DNA of 61,613 bases, the filler included, from Streblomastix strix (lineage: Eukaryota), in assembly GCA_008636045.1 (NCBI GenBank). It is 4 parts of 4 records of this genome, joined end to end, with 100 filler letters (N's around TTAATTAATTAA, not from the genome) between each part and the next. Parts side by side here need not be neighbours in the genome. Positions count along the whole stretch, not along the records: positions 1 to 15,332 come from SNRW01000999.1; 3 more parts are not named here. One strand, given 5' to 3'. The notes under the pieces were generated by a model. The model ran no database searches. It had not been told where the DNA came from and worked only from the letters and a program-made list of their open reading frames with translations. Numbering within the stretch: position 1 is the first letter of the stretch; each line of letters begins with the position of its first letter. Positions 1 to 12,793 of the stretch are shown here, one piece after another. A program made the translations under genes and the position numbers.

Positions 1-819
1 TTGAATTTTGCAAATAATTATCTATATAAAAGTTACTACTAGTGGAAAAAATTTCCCTGATATGCCAATGAATACACTTGATGAATAATTCTTCTTCTTT
101 ATCTTCATCAAAGTCTATATCAATATCTTTAGTTATCTGTTCTTCTATATTATCATTAATATTCAAAGCTTTTCTGAAACAATCTTTAATAGTTTCTGGC
201 ATAATTTCATCCGAAATTCTTTATAATTACGTTCATGCATAATTTAAATCAATCACTGTATCTTTTCCTGCAATAATTTCGAAAAATCTCTTATTTGTAA
301 TTTAAATTTTATAGCATTTCTTTGCACTTGCGATTATTCCTGCGTCCATTGGTTAAATTAGATGTCTTTTATTTGGTGGCAAATAGAAAATTGAGATATT
401 TGAATATTAAGTGTTTATTTTACTGTATACTGAAGAAGTACCAATAATTATCATTAAGAAGATTTTTGAAGATAGGAAAATTAATCCATGCGTTCTTCTG
501 ATTCGTATACTTGAATGTCCGATTGAAGTGATTTCGGAAAGCAAACGGGTTATTTGATTTTCTAATTATTAACAGAGGATATTTTTTTCCTGTTGCTGAA
601 GCTCGTCCCAATATAGTTACTCTCTTTTTTGATTGCTTGAAACTATGTTGATTTTATCCTTTCTCTTCGAATTCATCATTTGATTCGAATAGCAGATCCA
701 AATTACTTTCATTCAGTTACATTTAGAAGAATTATTCATCAAGTGTATTCATTGGCATATCAGGGAAATTTTTTCCACTAGTAGTAACTTTTATATAGAT
801 AATTATTTGCAAAATTCAA
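1..819. repeat. Perfect 95-bp inverted repeat (1-95 versus 725-819)
   Basis: The reverse complement of 1-95 (ttgaattttgcaaat...gaataattcttct) equals 725-819 (agaagaattattc...gcaaaattcaa). Confidence 0.9.
96..667 (-). pseudogene. pogo/Tigger-family DDE transposase fragment, a diverged duplicate of ~7880-8497
   Basis: Translates to RVTILGRASATGKKYPLLIIRKSNNP...NQKNAWIN...YLPPN..LIQPMDAGII, matching DDE_1 motifs. It is near-identical to the second copy but has a frameshifting deletion near 445-450. Confidence 0.8.
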
Positions 820-885
820 GTTTTTATGCAAGGAGGATAACTTTCTTGCCTAAATACAAAATATTGAATATTATTTTATATATAT

Positions 886-3777
886 GTGTAATTGCAAACC
901 AAAAAATTCATTTCATCATATTATATATATATATATAAAATATCAGTATAGTATGTAATAAAATAATATGATAACTAAAGTTGCAACTTAATCATATTCA
1001 TGCAGTTTTTAATACTTTTTTAATATTTTTTCCAAATAAAAAAAAATTTTTTTTTTGAAAAATATTTAATTTTGAAATTTTTATTATTTACTAGAATTAT
1101 ACATAAATACATATATTTATATTATAACTTTCATTGATCATACATTGCAACGGTAGACCTTTTAGGTGTGCCACGAACAGCACGCTCTGAGGAAACCATC
1201 TCAAAAATTCGTTCTTCAATATTGCCTACACCAGTTAATGGGCGAGCCACAATTGACCAATCTCTGACAAGATAACTAAGAAACTATTTAAATCTCTCCA
1301 TATCCAAGATATCTGCTATTTAATCAAACTTATCTATATTAAATCTAATGTTATTATGATAAAAAAAATAAATAAAAATAAAGAAAAATTAATTTTATTT
1401 TATTATAATTATATTAAAACAATTCATACATTATAATATCGTGATTTCTCGACTCATCATTAAAACGCATTGCTTATTATAGTGAAAGAAGACGTAGTTC
1501 AGTAGCTAATGCTGACAATGATTAAATTCCTTCCTTTGGTTTATTCCACTAAAGACCTGTTGAATATAATGCTAAAATACGGTCAGGTGCTCCTTTTCCA
1601 TGGTACCTTTCTAAGAAATTAATTTCAAAATTTATCCCCGGTAATAACGGATCCTGCAAATTAAGCAATTACCAAATAACTTATCTATTCCTAAAATGTG
1701 GCTCGCCGTCGGACCACCAATGTGCAGATTTTATATCTCTCATGAACTCACATTAAAACATCTTAAACACTGCTGAAAGAGTAAAAGAGCCTGTATGACT
1801 TAAAACCGTTGATAGTACTGTTATAACTTTCTAAGTCACTTCTACGTTTTTATTTTTTTTATAGACAAATGCAGTTAAGCAGGTGACTGGAGTCTTAGCA
1901 AAAAAACTTCCACTATCTTAATCTCTATCAATTCCAAGAGAAAAATTCTCTTTAAAGTCGATATGGAATACTGTCTCGTTCCAAGCAAGATGTTCGATTT
2001 AAAATTATAATTACTCTCGCTAGTGATCAGCCCTTCTTATATGTATTTTCCAATTTATTAGGAATTTTTGACCATCAATTAATAACTAATTGAATGTTAA
2101 TTTCTTTTATTATAAATTAAAAAAAAGCTGATCAGCTCTATTGCAATCATTGCAAATATCTGTACGTGATAAAGGTTGCATTATGTTTGAAGATTTATTA
2201 TAGAATGATCTCTCTGATATTTAATCAAAAGGAAATAACTGCTTGAACGTTGTGAGCAAAAGGCGTTTATTCATATAAATTGCTCTCTTCTCTTTAATTA
2301 TTTCATAAGTTCCGTAGAAAGAATAATTAGGAGCTCCAATTAAATCAAGATAGAAATTACCTGCAATAATTTATTCGAATATATCACAACTTTAGCTACT
2401 CACGTTAATAACTTCTAGCTTTACTTTGTTATTTGTTGATACTTTTTAGGTAGATTTTTAAGTAGAAATTGGGTTTTCTTTATCAAAAATATCAGGCATT
2501 GAAATTGCATTATCATCAGAATTTTCTTTATCTACATAATCGTCGCTAGAATCTTCGCGTTTTCGCTTTTTTGCTTTCAACTTTATTGATTTTTTTATTA
2601 TTACTTTAATTCAACAATCAATTACTAACGTTACATTACTGGATCATTAGAAATATTTCCTTCTTGAATAATTCTTGTTAGTTCTTAATCATTTTAATTC
2701 GAATTTATATTAGAATTTTGATCCGAAATGACGGTTTAAGAAAGAATTCTTTGTTTTGTTGGTGTTTGAACATCTGGTTCTGATAAGTCTGATTCATCTT
2801 TGTCCATCTTTTTATTCTTTAAATTATTTTATTTTATTTTTTTTTTCGTTTTCTTCTAATAATTTCATTTTATCTTTAAATAACCATTTCTTTTAAATCA
2901 GAAATTTCCTCGGAAGTAATCTATACCTCTCTATTCATTAAAATTTATTCCAGCCGTTAACCATTTGGTAAAAGAAATCGTTCATAGTAGTTAATAATAC
3001 CAGGAAGAAAATCTGATTTGAAAAAATATAATTCAAAAATTAATTAAAAATAAAAATGATAAATAATTTCTTAATTTTATAGATTTGTTATTATCAAACC
3101 GGTTGACATAGGAATTGCATAATCTTTCTACGTTCTTACCTAGAATTCATCTGAAATTGATATGTATTAAAGATCTAAAATGTTAAAATAAAAATATTTT
3201 TTAAAAAATGATTTTTTCATAAAAAACAAAACACAAACTATAACCTCTTTGATTTAAGCATGAAGTGTATTAATAACAAAGCAGGAAACTGATGTGTAAC
3301 TGAAGGTGTAGAATGTGTATCCCGCTGTTTCTTGTGAGTTCAAATCTTAAATATTGTGTTTGGATGGAGATCTTAATAAAATAACCTCTAACTAGCTAAT
3401 ACATATTCTGAATATGATATAGATAATATTTTCGCCTATTTTAACTACTAGTACGTCCTTCCAACAACAACAGTCGAGAGTATTGGAATTTTCATACTTT
3501 TTAGAGAAAATCTCGCTATCTTCAAGATTATATCATCCTTTATCCTGATGGTATTTTCAAGCTCGTTAATCTTTAAATTGAGATGATCAATTTCTTTTTA
3601 TTAATTTCTTTCATGCGCTGTTTTCCTCTTAATTTTCATTTTATTAAATAAAATGGAATTTTTAATGAGCAAGAATTTACGTTAAGCCAGGACATAATTT
3701 TTTATTTATTTATATTTTAATAAAAAGATTTTACAAATAAAAATGAAGAAAATTTTTTTTTTAGTTTGCAATTACAC
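886..3777 (-). mobile_element. Full-length Sola2-like DNA transposon (element A), ~21-bp TIRs, ATAT target-site duplication
   Basis: Left end GTGTAATTGCAAACCAAAAAA (886-906). Right end TTTTTTAGTTTGCAATTACAC (3757-3777). ATAT at 882-885 and 3778-3781. A transposase lies inside. Confidence 0.8.
1131..3639 (-). CDS. Sola2-like DDD transposase, multi-exon, probably inactivated (in-frame TGA at ~3340)
   Basis: With TAR=Gln the motifs are TDICNDC, FHIDFKENF (~1950-1975), HWWSDGEPHFRN (~1690-1725) and NFLERYHGKGAPD (~1583-1622). An 85-bp intron at 1345-1429 restores the frame to the TGA at 1131-1133. The 5' exons are less certain. Confidence 0.7.
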
Positions 3778-4339
3778 ATATTCGTTTAAATATCATATTT
3801 ATTTTAAAATAATTTCTTAGAATCAATATAAAATAGCCATATAAACGAAAATTTAACCTAACGTAGCTGCGTTTAATAACTTTGAAAATATATTTAAAAT
3901 AATTTAATATTTCTATCTACCTGTATCTGGATTAATTACAGTATTATGTAATTTTTTCATATTTTACTTGAGGATGCCAACCCAACCACCCAGAGCCCAC
4001 CATACCCACCCAGCCAAGAAAAAATCAACTTAAAATAAAAAAAATTAAAAAAAATATCAAATTATTTTTAATGATTCAGATTTGAAAAATAAAATATTAA
4101 ATACATTTTAATATTTATGTATGATATGTTTGAATACACTAAAATAATAAACATAGTTTCAATAAAAAAAATTATTTTCTAAAAATTAGTACAGATCGTC
4201 ATGGGTAAACTCTTTTTCGCGCCTAATTAATTGAATTATTGACTATATTTTTTATAATTATGTGCAGTTATTTCATTATTATATTTCAGTCTTAACCAAT
4301 TTATGTACTATTGACCTACAGGCGTACAATTCATTCTAT

Positions 4340-7005
4340 CAGTGTTCCCTTTAGGCATTTCGATGGTTGAGATTTTGTAACCACCGTTTTGATTTTGACC
4401 ACACGACCGCAACCACCATTTTTTGGTGAGATGCATATTATATTTTTTAATGATAATAAAATAGATCCAAAAAAATTTCCCCTCGGCCCTTCTGGCCTCG
4501 CATGATCCAAAAATTATTATAAAAATCTACAAATTATTATCATCCAAATCATTTAAATGTAATATTTTCAAAATTAATTTTTTAATTATTCTATTTTAAA
4601 ATTTTATTTTAGAAAATTAATAATTATTTATTGAACTAGTTTTGCATATGCAATTTTTATTTTTTTTTATTATAAAAACTCTTCATAGCTCTTTATTTTG
4701 CAATTTCTAATTCAAATTAACTTTAAAAATAGTTGTATTTATTCAATAATTTTATAAATTAATTAATAATATATATTTTAATTAACTTTTGCAATTGTAT
4801 AACTCTTAAATTAAAAAATATCTTCATTTCTTTTTTATTCATTTATATTATAAAATAATTTAATTTAATTTTTATTTTTTTAAATTGTTGTTAGATTCTT
4901 ACTGGTTCATTATGGATAAAAATAAATAGAAGCCTGACTAATAGATAAAAAAAGATAAAAGTTAAAATAAGAAAGAAAATAAAGATGAAAAACAAAATAA
5001 ATACAGTATGATATTTATATAATTACTAGAATTATATATATTAATTTATAATAATTCTTAAAATTAGAATAAACCGAATTAAAATTTGCAAACTCAAAAG
5101 AAGTCAAAAACAAATCATTGTATGTAAATAAATCTGAAGATGCGAGTGATTATGAAGATCAGAGAAAATTGATGCAAAAACCAGGTTAGTTAATGTCTGA
5201 TATAAATTTAAAGTTTATTTTTTATTAAAAAATAATCAAAGTGATTTAATATTTTAAAATTATTTAGTGCCAACTAAGAGGAACGGTCGTGTATTAGCCA
5301 AAGTTGAAGAAGAATATCTTAATAAAAAAATGAAAATGAATTTAGATGAAGTCTCATAGGATTCTTACAAGTTACATTGGTTAAATCAAATAGAATTTCT
5401 GGATAAAGAAGGGAATCAAATATTTAGACTTAATGATCCTATTAAAAGTGGAATAAGGTGTGTAAAATGTGAAGCAGCTTTCGATAATATACATTAAACT
5501 AATAAAGAGTATATATAATAAGATGCTCATCCTACTCAAAAATGGTAACTAACTAAACATTTAGGAACAGATACTCATTAAGAAGTATTATGAACGGTAG
5601 AGCAGTAAGTTACCTCCTCATTGGCATGATAAACAGCATATGCAAAGGATTCAACGATCAAATGAGCAGCAGACTAGATAGAGTCAGTATACTTTATAAC
5701 CAGAAATGAAATTGCGAACGATAAGTGTGAGCAGTTGTAGGAGCTGATTGCATCTATTACAAACTCTAAATAACTAACAGACTTTGGTCATGTACCTTAT
5801 TAAGCAACAACTGATTTCATAAAATGCGTATCAGATTAAATAACAATCGAGTAATAACTCAAAATCAAAAACTTAAAGTTTGGGGTGTGCATAGATGAAA
5901 GCACAGATGTCGCATCGTTGAATCACTTTTTAACATTAATACGTTATCTAAACAAGAATGGACTTCCATAAACATCTGTTCTTGATGTTCGTTCTTTATT
6001 CAGTAAAGGAGCTACTGCACAGAATTTATATGAGACTTTCATTTAAGTTAGCATAGATCATGGATTGAATTTAGATGATCTAATAGGAATATGCGTTGAT
6101 GGAACTTCAACAATGATTGGTTACCATAATTCAATGACGTCAAAATTGAAGGTCAGGAGTCCATTTTTTACAATTGTGCACTGTTTTGCTCATCGTCTTA
6201 ATTTAGCTTCTCTGGACGCTATTAAAGGAATAGAGATGCAACCGTTGCGAACATGTGAAGCTGTAACTTAATAGCTTTGGCACTATTTTGCTGCATCTCC
6301 TCTACACGCATCAATATTAGCAGTTATTCATAGTGAAAATGAAGACGAGTAAATATGATTGAAACGACTTGTACCGACACGATGGCTTTCATGTTATTCA
6401 GCAGTACTAGCAGCTGTTTAAGAATTACCAACAATATGGAAAGCTTTAGATCAGATTTGGAGAGAAAGGCGCGATTCATCTGCAAAAGGGTTACTTCATC
6501 AGACTCTAAAGAAAAAATATATCATATATTTATTCATTCTCAAAAATGTATTATTTTATTTGAATAAATTTTCGCTAGTATTTCAGCAAGGTGCATTAGT
6601 ATTCAACCAAATTACAGTTGCAATTGAAGCATTTAAGAAAGTTTTGAAAAGAATTAAGGACAATAAATTGATTGTATAAGAAATTTAGAATAAATGGCAT
6701 ATATATTAATCAACAGCAGAATTATTATCTGATTAAAAATATAAATCCAAAATCCACCAAAAATATTTTTTGAAACAGTCAAAGTCATAAATGATTAAAG
6801 ATGAAGATGATAACCATGAAAAGACACCAAAAATAGATGAATTGCAAAAAGGGAATAAAGTTAAAAATAAAAATATACTCAAACTTGATTCACATGATTT
6901 AAATTGGTTAACAGAAATTTCCAATAATAATGTAGATACAACAATTCAACATATTACTTAGAGGTTTGTTAATTAGAAATTTCTTGCCAATTTCTCTATT
7001 TACAA
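4340..7005 (+). mobile_element. hAT-superfamily DNA transposon, 3'-truncated
   Basis: A candidate left end CAGTGTTCCC at 4340 is followed by GC-richer subterminal sequence and a hAT transposase. No matching right TIR was found. Confidence 0.55.
4912..7005 (+). pseudogene. hAT transposase (ZNF862/Buster-like motifs) with two 5' introns and four in-frame TGA codons
   Basis: N-terminal CxxC...HxxxxxH zinc finger, then IDESTD (~5890), CVDGTSTMIG, VHCFAHRLNLA and PTRWLS. Introns at approximately 5007-5068 and 5185-5267. In-frame TGA at 5591, 5627, 5663 and 6356. No C-terminal dimerisation domain seen. Confidence 0.8.
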
Positions 7006-7519
7006 ATATTTTTCAATATATTACTAAATCCCATTTATTATATTTTATTTGTTTTCCTCAAAGAAACTTGTTGATTATGTTTTGATTTGATTAGGTTTGA
7101 TATGTTTAAAAAATGAAGTGATTAACTATCTTGAATTATTTTATTGTTTAAAATGAAGCTGTTTTTTGGATAATTTGATACTATTTAATTTTAGTTTATT
7201 TAATATTTATTTTGAATTTACCGGAGGAAGAAGATATTGTACAGCTTATTATATTATTTCGTTTCTTTAGTCGGACGTTAGTAATTTTTATTCTATATCT
7301 GTTTAGAAACAAGATTATAAATTATTTTGATTAAAATTCAATAATAAATTGATTTCTTCTTAAAATTCATTTGATTATATATTTATATTCATAAGGTCAA
7401 TATTTGTATAAATTTTGATATTACCATTAATTTATTTTTAACCATTTAAATTATGCAATTAATTTTATTATTTTTCATCTATTGAATTTTCATTTAAATC
7501 AATATATAAATCATAATTT

Positions 7520-9964
7520 ACATTTGGATTTGATTCTTTTGATTTAAGAAATTCTATATTTTAAGATTATAATAATTGTTGATTTTCAATAAATGCAGAT
7601 GCTTATTTGTCATAAAAATCTATAATTTTTGGTTGTAATTTTTTTTTGGTTTCTTTCGTAGTTCAAACTATATTACAAATCTTATAGAATTTAATAGTAA
7701 TTTTCATCTGATAAATAAATCTAGGTTGTTTGGAGCGCAGCGAAAGCTTCTTATGTTGATCATTTCTCAATTATATCTTCATCTTCAGTGTTATTAAGTT
7801 TTAAATCACTAATTCTTCTATCTAGAATTAATTCAACAATTTCTTCATTATTCATAGTTTATCTTGTTTGAAGCAATTCTTCTTCTTTATCTTCATCAAA
7901 GTCTATATCAATATCTTTAGTTATCTGTTCTTCTATATTATCATTAATATTCAAAGCTTTTCTGAAACAATCTTTAATAGTTTCTGGCATAGTTTTATCG
8001 CAAATTCTTTATATTTACGTTCATGCATAATTTAAATCAATCACTGTATCTTTTCCTGCAATAATTTCGAAAAATCTCTTATTTGTAGTTTCAATTTTGT
8101 AGCGTTTCTTAGCACTTGTGATTATTCCCGCGTCCATTGGATATATTAGAGGTCTTGTATTTGATTACAAAAAGAAAATTGAGATATTTGAAAATTAAAT
8201 ATTTATTTTACTATATGCAGAAAAATTACCAATAACTATCTCAATTCTTTTCTCTTTTTTATTTAATTACAAATTCAATATCATTAAGAAGATTTTTGAA
8301 AATAGGGAAATTAATCCATGCGTTCTTCTGATTCGTATACTTGAATGTCCGATTGAAGTGATTTCGGAAAGCAAACGGATTATTTGATTTTCTAATTATT
8401 AACAGAGGATATTTTTTTCCTGTTGCTGAAGCTCGTCCCAATATAGTTACTCTCTTTTTTGATTGCTTGAAACTATGTTGATTTTATCCTTTCTCTTGTA
8501 ATGAATGATTCATTCCATATTCATAAAATAATCCAAACTCATCAAAGTTTACTAAGCCATCTAAACCAAATTCTTAAATTATTTTAGGTAGCTATCTCTG
8601 TTCCAAATCTATGCAGCTGATGTATCAGATGAAAGTGCCTCACCATTTATCTAACCTCTGTCTAATCCATGTCTACCATTCCACTTTTATATATCCTTAA
8701 TCTATTTAGCCAATAATGTTTAAATCTACTCCAGCATTTAGCCTTTACTAGATTACATTATATAATTCTTGAGCAGCTTGCAATAATAATGCATCCTAAA
8801 TTATTATACTCGGACTTCTTTACAAGTATTCTCTATACCAAATTGATACTGACTCCTCTAGATTTAAATATTTGCCAATTCTAGATCTTTTTCTAGATTT
8901 CATAAAGCTGTTTTATAAATATTCTTAATTAATTTTTTTCTACTAATTTCTATATCCAATAAATATATTTGTATTGAAATTATTTTTTTTTACAAAATTT
9001 TGTGATATTATTATTATTATTACTTTGATTACTGTTAAACTTTATCAGAAGATTCTATTTTTCATCTAGAGTTCTTTCAATATGTTTATTTCTTTTGTGT
9101 TTCTTATTTTTAATATTTTTTGCCAATTTATTTTAATTATTCCATTCCTTTTTTTTTCATCTTTTTCATAATCTTTTTATTTAATTGCATAACTATTCTC
9201 AATTTAATTATTGTCAACATTAAAATCGTTATTTATCGTAATAAATTCAGATGAAATTTCTTAATCTAAAACTAATTATTTTCTTTATATTGTTCAATTT
9301 GTTTTTATTTAGCATTTGAATTTCATTTTCCAGAATGATTGAATGATGCAGATGAAATTTGTGTTTGATTTGATATGTTGTTTGAAAATAGTTTGATCAT
9401 GTTATCTGTTTCAATGCTGCTTCTACTGTTGTTTGAATTTTAGTTTTGCGAACATGGAGTCTCATTTCTAACTAAATGCCCAACAGCTTATTATTTTTCT
9501 TGGACTGAATATTGGTTTGAATCCATAATCATGGAAGACGAACTTTGTTTATTAGTGCAATCATCATACATTATTTTATTTTTATTAATTTCTATATTAA
9601 ATTAAATAATTTCTTCATTTTTATTTAATTTTTTTTAATTGTTTGTTTTTGAATTTCATCCTTATTTTCCTCTTTTTTCATAATAAATATTACATTTGGA
9701 TTTCTCATCATCTATATTTTCTTCTTCTTGATTAAATTTTGTTTTCTTTTTCTCATGTTTATTTGAATTAAATTACATTTCATTACTATATTCTTAATCT
9801 TCTTATCTTTCTTTATGTTTATCTTCATAATCTCCTTCTTCTTCAGAATATAAAGATTAATTCTTGTCCCTGACCTATCTTTTTCTTTTAATTGATTTCA
9901 TTTTCATTCTAAATATTAAGTGAGAAGATGAAGTATTTTTATTTGTAAAATTCTTTTTACAAAT
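7520..9964 (-). pseudogene. pogo/CENP-B-like transposase gene, 3' part: low-complexity linker, two HTH regions, DDE domain, PIP-box-like motif
   Basis: Motifs in order: RTLDEKQNLL...RKRSRIGKYLNLEESVSIWY (HTH region), RHGL..INGEALSSD, NFDEFGLFY (first Asp), IGNFSAY (second Asp replaced by Gly), PMDAGII, QPKIIDFY. Contains frameshifts and in-frame TGA. Confidence 0.75.
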
Positions 9965-12789
9965 GGGGGATTGCCAGCGGACATCAATAGTTACACAAAT
10001 TTATTATATGGTTTGTACAATATAAAGATATTTTAAATGAATATTGTTTGGCATGCCGCTTTTGCTGGAATCACAAAAAATTGGTATTCTTATTTATTTT
10101 TGCATTTTGTTAAATAAAATATTAAATCGATGATAATCTTAATTATAAATTCTTGCTTATTCTTTTTTATTAAGCATTCATTTGTGCAATTTTTTATTTT
10201 AATGATTGGAGATATAGATCAGGAAGACTTCTTGGCGCGGTGGATTTCTTAACTCTTAAAGACACTTCTTCCATTTTTGTTTTCTTAACAATGGACTTTG
10301 TTTCGATAATTTATGGATGGCTAAGTCTTGACAATACAATCACACCTTCATAGGAAGTGAAACGAAGGCTTTATTTGAAGCTAAAAATCTCAATATTCTT
10401 CGATTTCTTCGCCAATCGTGCACAATTGAATCTGCATACAATGTATATTTAATTTAATTGAATTGAATTTAAATTATTAAAATATATTTTCTAAATTTAT
10501 ATAAATGTTATCATACTCAATAAACAAGTAAATTATTGAGCAACTATATGATGAAGATAACATATTTGGCTACAACTAATAAAAATGAATAAGTTCTTTC
10601 ATTGAGTAGATTCCGTCAATTGGAAGACTTTTTGCAATAATTCGTGAAAAGAAACCGAAAACGGAATCATATTCCGATTTGCCATGAGAGAGTGAAAAAA
10701 TAGCTAATGTCAACTGAACAGTTTGGTAACATGGAGTGTTCTTTGTCATCAATAAGCTAAAACCTCTGTGCTTCGAAAATGCTCAGCTCCATCAGACCGC
10801 CATATAAGATTTTTGATAACACTGAATTCTTCCTCTTGTAGAACTCGCTTAAACGCTTTGATTACGAATTAAGAGGTGTGAATTAAACGTGTTGATAATA
10901 TGATATATACACTCTTCAATTGTATGTTATCAGACGTACAAAAATGTACTACAAAACTTAAGAATGTTATTGGATGTTACCGAAAGAATTCTTAAGACTC
11001 TTATTCTGTGCCCATGTTAAAATGGAAGTTTTCTTTAAAATCAACAATTACGAAACATGAGTTTGGTTGCAAATTGAAAATATCCTAATGCATGCATGCT
11101 CTCTGATGCTAAGCTTCATCATTGTACGTTTTCCAAAGATAAAGATATTCTTATTCGATTTCGGATAATTGACTGAACTTTTTTCCTTCTTGTCTCATCT
11201 TTCTGAAAAATAATTCTGCGCCATAGCAAAAACTGCATAAATCTGTACTATTTTTTGCGCGTATTATATTTACGGATCAATGATAGAATTAAGTCTTGGA
11301 TATAGGAATAAACGGGAATAACTCTTTGAATTGCTTAAAAAGAGTCATTTTCATACCATAATAATATCTTTTTCACTTATTATCTGATAATCTTCAATAA
11401 AACTAATTTATTCTTCAATTGGAATCAAATTATATTATCCAGCTTGAATTTTAGCTTCTATGTCGTTAGGATGTTCATAATTCACTACCACTATATCTAA
11501 GTTATTATCGTCCATTTCATTTTCAAACTTTGCATTTGGATCTAGAGAAGGACTATATACATCAGATGGATCTAATTCAATTTCATATTCATCTTCCTCA
11601 GATTCAGTATCTTCGCCAACTGTTGACCATCCATTTCCTCTGTTTTACTGCTTAACCTCTTATAGTTTATCTTTCCCAATTTTTCATATTTATCTTTTAT
11701 CTTAAAGTCTTTTTAGAATTCGTAAGGATCAATTGAATTTGTTCATCGTTTAAATTAGCTTTGGAATTACTATTTAGTCATTTTCTGCTCATTTACTGTA
11801 GTTTTATCCATTTAAAGGACAGTTCTAAGCGGCAATGCGGAAGTATCATCATCGTTTTGAAGATTAGAATTATCTTCAGATTGACCGCTATTTTCAGACT
11901 CAGAAATTTGCAATTTTTCATTCAGATCAACTTCTTATTTGCAATAACTGAACAATTATTCTGTTCTCATCCCGCATTTTGTTAAAAACAGTTAATATTG
12001 ATGTTCGTTACGAATAGTTCTCTTGCAATCAATATCATCACTTTTTTCTAGTAAAAAAATATTTTTTTTAATTTATTCAATGAAATGATAAAATACCTTA
12101 AGTAACTGTAATAAAATCTCCAACAGCAGCAGCAGGATGATCATTAATATCCTCAGTCTTTAAAAATTCCCCTAATTAAGGAAAAAAACCAGTTTTAGTA
12201 AAAATAAAATTTTGTAAAAATATGAATGCATACATTTCATTTTTAACATTTCAGATGATGGTACTGTCTTCGAAATAAGCCATGAGTGGAATGTCATAAG
12301 ATGTAGTGGTCGAATTTTACTCTCAATCACAGTTAGAACTTAGTTTGTGCGAAAACTTCCAAAATATTGTTTAAGTAAAAGCTTCTATGCTGTTTGTCTT
12401 TGGCTATAAGTCATGCTAAATTTTTAATTTTCGATTTATTCATTTTATAGCTGCATTGAAACTGCCTCGGCCCTGCAAGAAGGTTTGAACTTAAACGGAA
12501 TTTATTGGCACAAGAGCTTTAAAATTTTTCAATCATTCTAGTATTTTTTAATTTTCAACATGTAGATGTTTCTCTAATTCTTCAGCAGATATTATAGGTC
12601 GTTGAACCTGTGGAGATTCAGTCACTTTAAAACTTCGAAGTTGCTTTTAAAAAGGAAAAAGTAAGAATGCCAATTTTCCTTGATCCGAGAAAAAGCGCCA
12701 TCCTAAACAATATTCATTTAAAATAGCTTTTTATTATGCATAACATTTAAAAAATTTTGATAACTATGGATATCCGCTGGGAACCTTCC
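9965..12789 (-). mobile_element. Full-length Sola2-like DNA transposon (element B), ~38-bp imperfect TIRs, AAAT target-site duplication
   Basis: Left end GGGGGATTGCCAGCGGACATCAATAGTTA versus reverse complement of the right end GGAAGGTTCCCAGCGGATATCCATAGTTA. AAAT at 9961-9964 and 12790-12793. Removing the element rejoins a reading frame. Confidence 0.8.
10130..12720 (-). pseudogene. Sola2-like DDD transposase of element B, multi-exon, degenerate (boundaries approximate)
   Basis: Motifs TDLCSFC, VIVDFKENF (~11030-11053), WRSDGAEHFRS (~10772-10803) and SHGKSEYD (~10667-10690). 85-bp intron at 10432-10516. In-frame TGA near 11278. Confidence 0.75.
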
Positions 12790-12793
12790 AAAT

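Noticed and set aside
3970..4020. C-rich CCACCC cluster starting GGATGCCAAC, resembling a hAT end
   Set aside because: No partner TIR or TSD was found, and it is too short to support a call.
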